DNA of 62,788 nucleotides, filler included, from Dugesia japonica (Eukaryota), in the NCBI GenBank assembly GCA_001938525.1. It is 5 parts of 5 records of this genome, joined end to end, with 100 filler letters (N's around TTAATTAATTAA, not from the genome) between each part and the next. Parts side by side here need not be neighbours in the genome. Positions count along the whole stretch, not along the records: positions 8,647 to 32,831 come from MQRL01616016.1; 4 more parts are not named here. One strand, 5' to 3'. The translations under genes were made by a program, and so were the position numbers. The notes under the pieces are model-generated. The model was not told the origin of the DNA, made no database searches, and saw nothing but the letters and a program-made list of their open reading frames with translations. This document shows, in pieces, positions 12,129-24,031 of the stretch (the first letter of the stretch is position 1; the number at the start of each line of letters is the position of its first letter).

Positions 12129-14616
12129 CAGAAGTCGGCAACCTTAAGAGGGCTAATTTCAGAAATAGTAGAGTTCAACGGGCATCATTGAATGAAGGAG
12201 AGGAGGGAATAATATTTAAACATTATATATGCATATGCAACATGAATTTATTAAATATTAATTAAATTTTAAAACATGAATTAAAAATATATAATTGATG
12301 ATTATTAATGTAAAGTTTGATATTGCAAAGTTGCGACCAACTCGTCATAATGTGGCACATAGTTCTCAGACATTGATCCAATCGATACTTTGATTTTAAA
12401 TATTTCATATTGGAAACAAATATTCACAAGCATATGACAATGCACAAAGAGATTCCAATTTTAGAGCCCGTTTTCTCAACAATCGATAACTGTTTCTATT
12501 TGCCAAATTCTGAAACGTTTCTTCCTTGTGATACGATTTTTATTCAATNNNNNNNNNNNNNNNNNNNNNNNNNNNNNNNNNNNNNNNNNNNNNNNNNNNN
12601 NNNNNNNNNNNNNNNNNNNNNNNNNNNNNNNNNNNNNNNNNNNNNNNNNNNNNNNNNNNNNNNNNNNNNNNNNNNNNNNNNNNNNNNNNNNNNNNNNNNN
12701 NNNNNNNNNNNNNNNNNNNNNNNNNNNNNNNNNNNNNNNATTGATGTTAGCACTTCCACTTCAATAATATGTTATCACCATTTTTTAAATTTGGGAAATG
12801 TATTAAATTATCTCTTTCTATATACAATTTCCAGAGCGTTAATTTTGCTTTAAATGCATTTATTACATTCATCATGGATGCGATATGAAGATTTCTATCC
12901 TGTTATTTCAAGTTTAATTCCTACAATTACATTGTTAAATCAGTTAAAAAGTCAAGTTTAATTAACCAAGACTTATGTTCAAGTTCCCCACAAATTTCAT
13001 TTCTGGATGATAGAAATTCTTTTTCCTGTAGCAATAAATTTAATCTCACTTCTGTGTATGTGATAAGATCTTCAAACTCTGCTTAATTTTCCTGTGGAAG
13101 TCATTTAAACAATATATGTTACACTGATCTCACTCATATTGAATTTATCAATTTTGTTACGGTTTCTAATATTTTAAAATGGAATCACTTTTGAGCATAA
13201 TATTTCTTGATGGACAACGCAATGAAATTATTATTGCTTCCATTCATTGTTGTAATTTCGGATAAATTTTATTAAAAAATAAATAACGCCATTTAAAATA
13301 TAACTTTATTGTCATAAATTTTGACGGATCAAATGTCATCATCAGACAAAAATGAAAGAAATGAGTATAATCAGTCTATATTATTTAAACAAATATTAAT
13401 GTGATTATACTGAATATAAGACGGCTATAAATATTAATTTTAAAAAATCTTAGTTTTTAAATTTTTTCAAAACTTTTTAATTCAAAATTAATTTATAATC
13501 TAATAATAAATTTTTTACAATATTTTATTAAAATTACTTTTTAAACCCTAAAAATCAAATACGTTTTTCATAAATACATACAATTTTTTACTTTTAAATT
13601 AAATTAAAATTTTTTTCAAAACCTATAAAATAATACAAAAATTGAAAGTTATTTTAAAAAAAATACAAAACCTAGAAAAACTTAGAAAAAAAACATGAAA
13701 ATATATCAAAATTTCAAAAATTTTAATCAATTTAGTAGAGAGAACTGTTTGTACATTAATGCTTGGACTATGAAATCTAATCAGCAATGCCTCATACAAC
13801 ACTCTATTCCAGTAATTCTTAAATTGCTTAGATAAAATTTGAAAATTTGAAATTGCAATATTTGCATTATATTTATTTTATTTTTTTACGCTCAGCAATA
13901 TTACTATCACCACCAAAACGATTATGCTCTTGAACCCTTGTAAAGAAATGATAGACAGTATCTCCAATGTATGTGGCATCACACCCATTTNATTTAAATT
14001 GATAAACAAGGTTAGAACACAAACCAATTGGTGTATGGGATTTATTAACAAAGCTATTAAAAATCTTAATTATTTTCTTCTAGATACTTTTTAAAAGTTG
14101 GATCTTTGCATGTTGAGCGTCCATTAAAAGGTTGAGCTTTCAGAAATTCCTTTTTTATAGAAAAGTCATCAAAAACCATAACTGAGAAATGTGCCATACA
14201 TCAATGGACTCATAGACTTGCAATGAAAAGAATACATATATCTGATTATCATTATTTAACTGCGATTTAATACTCAAACGTTTGGCAGAAAATGATATTG
14301 AATTCAGTTCAGTAACTAATATACTGACCAATCAAGGAAACAATCTGGATATGCAAAGAGGGTTGATTTGAGACTGCTTCTCACCAATCTGAAACCACAC
14401 ATTAAGTCTTTGGCATACAAACCCCAAGCACTGGGTCTATTGACTCTTAGATCTCTAAGACTGGTGTATCAGTCATATAGCATTCTGTCTTGTCAGTAAA
14501 CAATATTTGGATTTTAATTAGTTTTGTAAATTTTATGGGATGCAAATATTTAAACTTATTTATAGATGCAAATATAATGAAAGTGGGCGTTAGGCTGAAA
14601 AGGGTGAAGGCCACTG
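12129..14616 (-). mobile_element. Decayed hAT (Buster/SPIN/GTF2IRD2-like) DNA transposon, interrupted by a Penelope fragment
   Basis: Broken frames give FFSLQVYESIDV..SQL, EFEDLITYTEVR, SWLIKLDFLTDLT..ELNLK..INAFKAKLTLWK..HFPNL and YACEYLFSNMKYLKSKYR. hAT-type ends CAGAAGTCGGCAACC and GGGTGAAGGCCACTG. No clear 8-bp TSD. Confidence 0.8.
13270..14065 (-). mobile_element. 5'-truncated Penelope-like element: GIY-YIG endonuclease plus 3' region
   Basis: SNLVYQFKxNGCDATYIGDTVYHFFTRVQEH...NRVLYEALLIRFHSPSINVQ. An AT-rich 3' region follows, with a degenerate hammerhead-like motif at 13309-13349. Confidence 0.8.
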
Positions 14617-15386
14617 GTTCATTAGAATGAGCAATTTCAAGTAACTATATATATACTTTGCCAAACAAAGCACAAAATTGGGATAAAAAAAACAAAATAA
14701 AAAACAAATCTAATATTTTTTTTTAAAAAAAACATGAATTTTAATTCTTTAGTTTATTGATATAATAATTGGAAGAACTTTAACAGTAACCATGTTTTGT
14801 AATTCTCCATTTTAAAAAATCACCCATTTAAAATTATTTCTGAAAATAAATTTTACTCGATAAGGTTTTTTTTTAGTATTTTTCATATTTACAATTGAAG
14901 ATTTTAAAGAAAATCAAATTAATTCTATTTTAATTGGAAAATATGCTTCACTTTAATTTAAAAGGTGTCTTTGATGTTGTTTTGTCTTTAATGTAATCAA
15001 ACATTTCATTATTTGAAATATTTGTATTATTATGAAAATTTTTAATAAAAAATTTGAATGTTATTATTTGGAAGACTATTGATTTAGTTGAATTGAATGA
15101 CTTACTTTCAACTGATTCTAGTCATCCCTATATAACATGATTGCTCATCAAATTTATCCTAACTTAACACATTATGTTTCAGATAATTATTTTAACTATT
15201 GTTAATTTCTTATGGAAAACACAACTTTTCCCGTCAGGTAATATTTTTACTTTATTTACTTTCAATTGTAATATATTTAACATTTTATCTAAGTGGTGGG
15301 CAAACTTTTGCAAACCGCAGCACACGTAATTTTTTTCGTAACACCAATTTATGTTTTCGCAATTTAAAGCTGTACCAAAAACATTT

Positions 15387-16098
15387 CATTAAAATAAAGT
15401 AATAGCTTCAATCAAAAATAAAATTGTTGTTTTATAGATATTCAAATTTTCGATAATTGTCTTCTTCAGAAATATGATGAATTTTCGATTAAATTTAAAC
15501 GATTATAGAAAATTGTTACAAAATTGTTTATATTTTATCAAAATTTTATTGGCTTATTTAAATTATAAATTTTATTTTAAATTAAATCGAAATTTTTTTT
15601 AAATTAAATAGAAAAGTCTTTTAAATATTTAATTATTAGTTGGATTTTGTTATTTTTTTATATAACTTTTATAAATTTGAAATTTTTTAATTTTTTTCAA
15701 TTATAATTATCACAAATTAATATAATTTTATTCATTTAAATTTTTATTATTATTGAATGTTATTTTTATTTTTTAAAACTATTTATTTAAAATTATTATT
15801 ATTATCATGTTATTAAATTTTTTTATTAATACATGAANATTAACCCAAATTTTATTATTAATATTAATAAATTATTAAATTAAATTATTTCAATTATCAT
15901 TTCAAATTTTTTTTTTGATAATTTGTGTTTTTATCAATTTGTGTTTTCTACATATATATTTAATGTTTTATTCACGTTATAATTAAATATCTATAAAACA
16001 ACAATTTATTTTGATTGAAACTATTAATTTATTTTAATGATATCTGAAATGCGGTCAATCGTTAAGTCCAACAATTATTCTCACAATAATTGTAATTA
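15387..16098 (+). mobile_element. Fold-back hammerhead element, long-spacer copy
   Basis: Arms at ~15387-15473 and ~15986-16041, ~500 bp AT-rich spacer, family tail. 11-bp direct repeat CAAAAACATTT at 15376-15386 and 16099-16109. Confidence 0.75.
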
Positions 16099-16811
16099 CA
16101 AAAACATTTATTTAAATTCTTTTTAAAATTAGAAAAACATTGAAATGACAAAGCATAAAAATAAAATCTNNNNNNNNNNNNNNNNNNNNNNNNNNNNNNN
16201 NNNNNNNNNNNNNNNNNNNNNNNNNNNNCATCATTTGTCCACCACTGAGTTATTAGATTGGAATAATATCACATCAATTTGTTATTTAGTCATGGAGTTA
16301 TCATGTATTCTGTTATAATATTTAAAAATAAAATTCCGTAAATTCATCTTATTTTATTTTCAGCTTTACAGATATTTCAGTGATTTTAGTACGGTATCCT
16401 ATGCAAATTATTTAAAAACATTCAAAATGCATCTGAAATTGATTCAACCCAAATAAATAAATTTAATAAAATGCTATATATAAGTTAAAATTATAATTAA
16501 AAAGATTTTAATTCATAAGTCAAAATAATTTTTCTTTCTCTGCACATCTAAGGTAGTTATGACAGTGAAATTGAACAGACTTGCATTTTAAATTGATAAA
16601 CAACATACAAACTGGTTAGAAAAATGCGACTAAAAACTTTTAACCTGATGCACAAAATTTAGAGATAGAGTGGTTCTGCAGGAATAGACTGTCTAATTTT
16701 GATAAAAATGAATAGAACTCGTTTAAACAAGAATTTTTTATGTATAACAAGAGTGATAAACGTATAGTATCATAGCAAAAGTTTCATAATCTTGATTTAT
16801 TGTAATAAATG

Positions 16812-17407
16812 TATAGTGTTCCAAAAACAATTTCGTTTTTTATAAGTTAGGAAAAATTAAAAATGAACAACAACTATATATTTTTATATATTTATAAATG
16901 TATAAACAGTTGAATATAATTTCCATTCTTCTTGATTACCTCTTGCAAATGATGTTTCAAAAGATTCGACTCTTTAGATAACAGACCTTGTCATTTCATT
17001 TCCATAAAATTCTGTATAAATTCCGAAAGAGAATTATTATTTGGAAATCGTTTTTTGCTCCTATCGAATTCGAGATTCCTAAATACGAATCTATCCAATA
17101 AATTTATATCAGGTGAGTAAGGTCGTTGCTTTACTAGTTTAATTTGATTATCTTTACAGAACCTGTATTTCTGACCGTAAAATATTTTTAGTCATAACAA
17201 CGAAAAAAAGTCACATTTTCGGTTGCAACGTTGTTTATCATATTGAATTTGGATCTGATGAGTATGAGCATTTGATATAATAAAACAAATGCAGTAAGTT
17301 TATTTCATATTAATTAATTTAAATTGACTTGAAAAAGATTTATTTTAAATTGATAATTAAATTTTTCCTAACTTATAAAAAATGAAATTATTTTTGGAAC
17401 ACCCTAT
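16812..17407 (-). mobile_element. Internally deleted mariner-like element
   Basis: ~48-bp TIRs (tatag(g)gtgttccaaaaa.aatttc.tttttataagttaggaaaaatt). Internal frame LVKQRPYSPDINLLDRFVF...LQEVIKKNGNY. Confidence 0.85.
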
Positions 17408-17749
17408 ATATTATCCAAATAAGATACCATTTACCAGGTTTTTGAAATATATGCAGGAATAAGCACTTTAACATATATTATGTTATAAATTCAATGAAAT
17501 TTAACTTCAAATTTTAGAAAAAAAATTAATTTAAAATGTTAGTATTCATTTATATATATATATATATAGCTAAATGTTTTTTGTATTTGTTAGGTACGTC
17601 TTCTAGAGATAATTGATTTCCAAGTCACAACAATTCATTTCACACATTTGTGATTTCATTTTAAAACTATAAATTTTAATAAAACAATTTCCAAAAGAAA
17701 CTAATCATTAATAAAAGTAATTTATCTTAATTCCTATTGATTGAAATTA

Positions 17750-18750
17750 TTCCTAATGATTTACTTATATCCCCTTCTTAACAAACTTTCTCAGTTTTTG
17801 AGAGTTGCATTTCTGGATTATATTATTCACAAAAAAAAATTTCGAAAGCTTTTTAAATTTTAGCTTCTAAGTTCATAAGTTGTCTGTATGGTTTTATAAT
17901 GATTAGTTCACCACTTGTGCTTATTTTGTGTTTTATAAGCTGTGTGCAATCTAAATCCCATTTATCTAACGTAAAGAAATCTTCTTTACTTCCAATTATT
18001 TTCAATAACAATTTGTCTTTAATCTTCAGAGTAGTTAAGACTCTTGCCAATACCTTTCCCTTTTTCATTTGTCTCCAAAATTCTGCTTCAAAATTATAAA
18101 TGTAATAATCAAATTTTTCATCCGTCTTAATATCTACGTTTCTTACAACTTGGTATCGAAAGGTTTTTTGCATATCAATTTTTCCAATTGGATCTGTTGC
18201 CACTATTTATGCAACCAAGAAAGTAACCTCTTTGCAAACTTCATCAATTGTTACTGCAGTTCTTAACTTTCCAATCAATCGCCAGTGTACTATTATTTGG
18301 ACAACGCAATCTTTCATCTCCCATTTCTAAATATATTTCTCGTTATTTATTAAAACCCATTAAACTCATAACATTAATTCGATCTCATCTATCTAGAAGA
18401 CATTCAACTTTATTTCCCTGAATTGATACCGTAGCACTTAGTTTGCCTGTAAATTTATGGTACAAAATATTTGTTTTCTGTTCTGCTTCAATTGTTCCAA
18501 TTCATTATATTTTTCTATCATCTTCCAAATTTTCCCTCTTTAAGAACCTGTAGGCTTTTTCTGTAACTTTCCCGATATCATCCCACTTTTCGACCCCATC
18601 GAGTATAATCAATCACTTCATTTAACAATGGATAGCTCCAACTAACTCTTCTTTTGGTCATTGCCTTCTTAAATCACTTTCATATACTTCCCCATATTCA
18701 TCGTTTGTATTGACTTCTTAATCTGAAATTGAATATATTCAATTACATCG
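17750..18750 (-). mobile_element. Ty3/gypsy relic (protease to start of RT)
   Basis: TVSIQGNKVECLLD..RINVMS (aspartic protease remnant) and KWDLDCTQLIKHKISTSGE...KPYRQ. Confidence 0.75.
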
Positions 18751-19549
18751 GCTAACAATAGAATGAACTTAAATATTTAACCATATTTATAATAATTTCC
18801 ATGGGTTATTTTAAATATTATTTTCTTTTCCTTCTATTCTAAATTGTCTTTGAAGGTAAAAATTCTCAATAAAAAAACCAGATCATTAATTGAATGAAAT
18901 CTATTCAAAAAGTAAGTTTTTAATTAGAAGAAAATTTCAAATATATTTTATAATTTCATTTGACAATATTTCAAAATCGTTAAAAAAAATTTAACCATAC
19001 AAACTAAAATGATTTAATTATCTATTAAAGATTACAAACATAAACGATTAAAAGAAATCAGCTTAGAAACGTTCATGGTAAAGAAATGTTTTTAATTATT
19101 TTAATGAAATAATTAAATTTACTTCTAGTAATCAATCGNNNNNNNNNNNNNNNNNNNNNNNNNNNNNNNNNNNNNNNNNNNNNNNNNNNNNNNNNNNNNN
19201 NNNNNNNNNNNNNNNNNNNNNNNNNNNNNNNNNNNNNNNNNNNNNNNNNNNNNNNNNNNNATTCATATTTTATCGGAAATAAATATTTAATTATATTAAG
19301 CTGTAACGAAGGTTTAAAATTTAATCTTACTCTTAATTTTTTAATTTTGCCATAGAAAATTACTATAATAATTACCCAACTATGCTAACTTTGCCTTACG
19401 TACATTATCCAATTTTAAATACAGTTTGATTTCTTTTTATTATTTATTTGTATTCGTTTTTTACATTATTTTCCTATTAATCATTACCTATATTTCATAT
19501 TTTCTACTGTTCTCTCTATATTTTTTTCTTTCTATCTTTTGCATATGTA

Positions 19550-20221
19550 CTGAGGGATAAAAGGCGCATTATTTGACTTGCTTCAACAAATAATTTGTCT
19601 GGAAGAAATATAAAGATACATCTCAATATTGGAGTGTATAAGAATACGATACTCAATTGTCAGTGGCAACTTGAAATATGCAAAAGAAATGGCTACTCCA
19701 AAATTACAAAATCGACATATTGAAGCTCGTCTTAATTTCGCAGAAACTCACCAAACTTGGGATGTACAATGTCAAAATGTAATATTTTCCGATGATAAGA
19801 AATTTAACCTAGATGGTCCAGATGGATTTGGCAGGATATTAGGAACAAAAATTAATATTGCTCCAAACATGTTCGATGTAGCAGATCTGTGATGGTTTGG
19901 GATGGATTTTCTTTTAATGGTACAGCGCTATTGGCGGTCATAAATGGGAGAATTAATGCAATAAAATAACAAGAAATATTATCAAATCATTTATTACCAT
20001 ATTGTGAAAGACTTACTGGCAAAGCATGGCTTTTTAACAAGATAATTCTCCTATGCATAAGGCAAAATCTACCCTGAAGTGGTTTCAAACAAAACAATAT
20101 CAAAGTTTTAGATTTTAGATATCAAAGTTTTAAACCTTCTGTTTTAGGTGTTTCTTGTAAGCATGCATAAAATATTAGGATATCGGGGGGAGCGGTTGCT
20201 TATTTTTGTGACCACATTGTA
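19550..20221 (+). mobile_element. Tc1/Tc3-like transposase relic
   Basis: [11 protein letters not shown]...[41 protein letters not shown]. Terminus ...gtgaccacattg-TA. Confidence 0.88.
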
Positions 20222-21103
20222 TATTGATACTACACAAGAAATGTCATCCTATAATTGTCCAATTTTATCGTAAACCATGATGAGCAACGAAAAACCATTG
20301 TTTGGAATAATTTCTAACGTGTTTCAAATGCATTAAAACAATAAATATTAATTATTTTTAAAATTGGTATATATTTCATTTAATTAAACCATAATTATTA
20401 TTTAATTTCACTTCTGACTAGATTTCCTTTTATGAAAAATAAAACAAATGCTAATTCCGCCCACGCATGTCTACATTAAAATGTACTAGAAGTACATTTT
20501 AAATCAAATATTTTCTTTTAAAATATTTTTATTTTAAAACAAAATGCAAAATCATTATTTTTATACAAATTAAATTATTTATTTTTGGAAATCTCATGAA
20601 AATATTATGCATTTTTTATTAAAAAGCAAATAATGTTAATTACTTCTTCATAAACAATTTTAATTAATTTTTATCTTCCTATCTCATGCTCAGCAGTTTG
20701 TAAATCAAACAGAAATTATTGTTAAAAAATTAGATATCGTATATTATTCTGTTTAAATAAAATTAATTTATAAAATGTAATTTCCTCTAATTTCTTTTTT
20801 TTCTATCTAATATATTTATTAATTATGTTTTATTTTTCATTTTGTATAATTTGATTAATTTATAAGTTGATTTTAGGTTTTTATTCTTAATTTTATAATT
20901 CTGGATAAAATTTAATTTATTCATTTAACTTAACATAAGAATTTTAAAATTAATTTTAATTTATAGAATTATTTTTCAGATCTTATTTTAATACTTATAT
21001 TAGTAATTATAAATTCATTTTTACTGCTTAATTTATAAATAATTTTAAGGAGTATAAAAATTGCTATATATATAATTGTAACATTCTAATAAGTACAGCA
21101 TTG

Positions 21104-21104
<1 letters not shown>

Positions 21105-21142
<38 letters not shown>
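21105..21142. repeat. (CAT)n microsatellite
   Basis: Seen directly. Confidence 0.95.
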
Positions 21143-21143
<1 letters not shown>

Positions 21144-21169
21144 TATCAAAACAAAACTGGTTTATGGTA

Positions 21170-21550
21170 AGGTTGCTGTAACAAAAGCGAGAGAAGATAT
21201 GAAGAAACTAAGCAAATTATTCAACATACTTTGACGCAAGTTTTCATTCAACATGCGCATCTTCTTTCTCTGCTGTCTACTTTAAGCATGGATGTGTGTC
21301 GTCATAGTGGAAATAAGGGAATGAATGTTCATCAAATGCATGAATACAAAAACACTATCAGTGATAGTACATTTTTGCGAATCGAAGAAGCCGATTTTCT
21401 TCTATTCTCCGCTCAAGAAGAGTCGGATTCTCTGTTTTCAAACAAATATTGGTTTGTTGATGGAACGTTTTAAGTAACACCAGAGGGTTTTGATCAGTGG
21501 TATATTATACATTTGTTATACAATAATCATTCGTTTCCGTGCATTTAAAT
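21170..21550 (+). mobile_element. MULE-type transposase relic
   Basis: KYWFVDGTF*VTPEGFDQWYIIH...SFPCI matches the MULE DDE motif W..DGTF...P..F.QLY.IH. Confidence 0.78.
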
Positions 21551-22199
21551 GTCTAAGTTTTGTGTGAAAGCATTGAATACACTGAGGTCATGCTGGAATA
21601 TTTTAGGATTAAGTTTCCATCACGTATGTTAGCGGGTTCATATTTACCACTAAAATTTTCGTTCATAATTATAAAATAATAAGAAAATCTGAAATGGTTG
21701 CAATATTAAAATTTATTAATATCTACAAAATTGATAGATTTACAACTGAATTACTAATTTACAACTTTTACAAAAAATAAATTAATACAATAAATAATAA
21801 AACAATTAATGTACAATTCAGAAAACTTACACAAATCAAATCTACAGTATAGAACGATGACTTGCAATGTTTTTCAAATAAATTATCAACAAAATTTTAC
21901 AGTACGTTTTTTTATACACTCACTCAGTATCAATATTAAAACAAATCGTAATCTCTAAATAATTAAAATTAATTAATTTACATACACATAAAACACTTAA
22001 AATATTCACAAATTTCCTCACAACCTATTTTAATCTATTCACAGAAGCAAAATTTAAATTATTAATTCATTTCAATTAATTCAATTATTAAAACATGTGA
22101 TACATACATTCAATACGCTTAATCGACTAATTTTCTCTATTCACTCAATTCTATAAATATAATCCGTTTAATTCATCAAATCCACTTAATATACTTAGT

Positions 22200-22790
22200 T
22201 CACTCATTCAATCTACCTATCTCACTCAATACATTCAATCTACCTATCTCACTCAATACATTCAATTCCTTTAAACTAATAAATATATTCTACCAATTTC
22301 TCTAATTCACACACTTTATACACTTACTTAGTTTATTCAATAGACACTATCGAGTAATTCAATCTATTTGCACAATTCAATCACCTAATTCACTTTATTA
22401 CACTTAATCAACTTTATTCACTCATTTTAATTAATGCAATCATTATTACATATACTCTATATATCCAATGCGTTTCATTTGTTTATTACACTTAATACGC
22501 TCTATCATCTTTATATACATACGAATATCTATCGAGGAAGATTTTAAATATACACTAAGTAAAAAAATGTTACAACAGAGAAAATAAACATTCAACTTTG
22601 AAAATTGCATTGGAATAAGAATGAAATAAATAAATAAAAAATAAAGAAAAATAAATAAACATCCATTAGCATAAAACCTGAGCAATTAATGTCAATATTG
22701 CCCGGGGAATATTTTATGTTAATATTATACCAGGGAATATTTATTGTTAATATTGTCAGGGAGGATTATTTTAGATTAATATTGTTGGGG
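22200..22790. repeat. Minisatellite patches (27-bp duplication at 22205-22266; ~28-bp tandem at 22694-22790)
   Basis: cattcaatctacctatctcactcaata x2; aatattg..cagggaatattt.atgtt about x4. Confidence 0.7.
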
Positions 22791-23339
22791 AAAAAAATCA
22801 AATTCGATAAATTTTGTTTAATTTAAACAAACATAAGCTTTTCAATAACTTTTCCATGAAGAAACTGAAAATTATTAATTTTACTTAATTTAAACAAAAT
22901 ACATAATTCCACCTCATTTAAACAAAAAAAAGCATGTGGTGTAGTGCGGACCTCTCAAAATGAAAAAAAGGGGTGGTTGAGGGGTGCTAAAAGCATGTGG
23001 TGTATGGCGTACATATCTACCTACTTATCAAAAATCTGAAAGTATAATTGGAGCAGTTCAAATAATTTGAGGTATTGAATTTAAATTTTGATTCCGCAGA
23101 CGAAAATAAAGCTTAATATTTACAAATTATCTCAGTCAAAACATAGTTTAATTTAGTTTGCATTACAAGTTATTTTAAAATTTTTTATTAAAATCTTTTG
23201 TAAACTTTCATCATTTTATATAGTTTTTAAGAAACATTATTTTAAATTTTGATTTTTCCAAAAAATTTCTATGTGTGATTCGCTGAAAATCAGCTGACTT
23301 TCATACATCTTGTATTTTGATTATTTGAAAAAACTCTCA

Positions 23340-24031
23340 AATCAAGTACATAACGTAACCTTTTCTTCGAATCGTTTCTGTATGACGACAGATTAAATCA
23401 ACTGACCACAACCAATTACTACCTTCAAATATAAAAATTGCGGTACACAATCCAATTTTCATTTCAGGTGACAATTCATTTGTAGAAACGGTCAACCCGG
23501 AGACTGGCAGGCAGTTTGTAGCAAAATTCCACATGACGTTGCGCTTGCGCAGGTGCTCAAGCATGTATTACAACTCAATATACTTTCGTGAATAGAACAA
23601 AATGACGATATATGAGTGATTTGGAAGCCCCAAATTTATCGATTTTTCGTAATTTGCTTCTACGGCTTTGTGTAGGATTTCTAACTTCAGCGACAGTTGT
23701 TTTTTCTGAACGTGATTAAATACTAAGACTAGTGTCTTCACTATTGAAGCACTTGAATCAAATTGATATTGCAATATGACCAATGGTTCAATAACCTTTT
23801 ACGGCACAAATCTTGGTGGCTCTTGCTCGGACATTGAGTTCTTGTTTCCTCAATTTTTTAAACTTATAAATGTATGGATAATTTAATTTGGTGAAACATA
23901 AGAATGCACACTAAATATGCGATAACAAGGTCAAATATACATTTATTTCCAAAATAATACATGATTATGTGACAAAATAATAAATCGATAAAAAATAATT
24001 CAGAGTGGTTACAAACTTATGGGACACCCTA
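23340..24031 (-). mobile_element. Mariner-like element relic (5' portion)
   Basis: Terminus TAGGGTGTCCCATAAGTT on the minus strand. A frameshifted frame resembles mariner RIVT.DEKWIVY.N. Confidence 0.65.
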
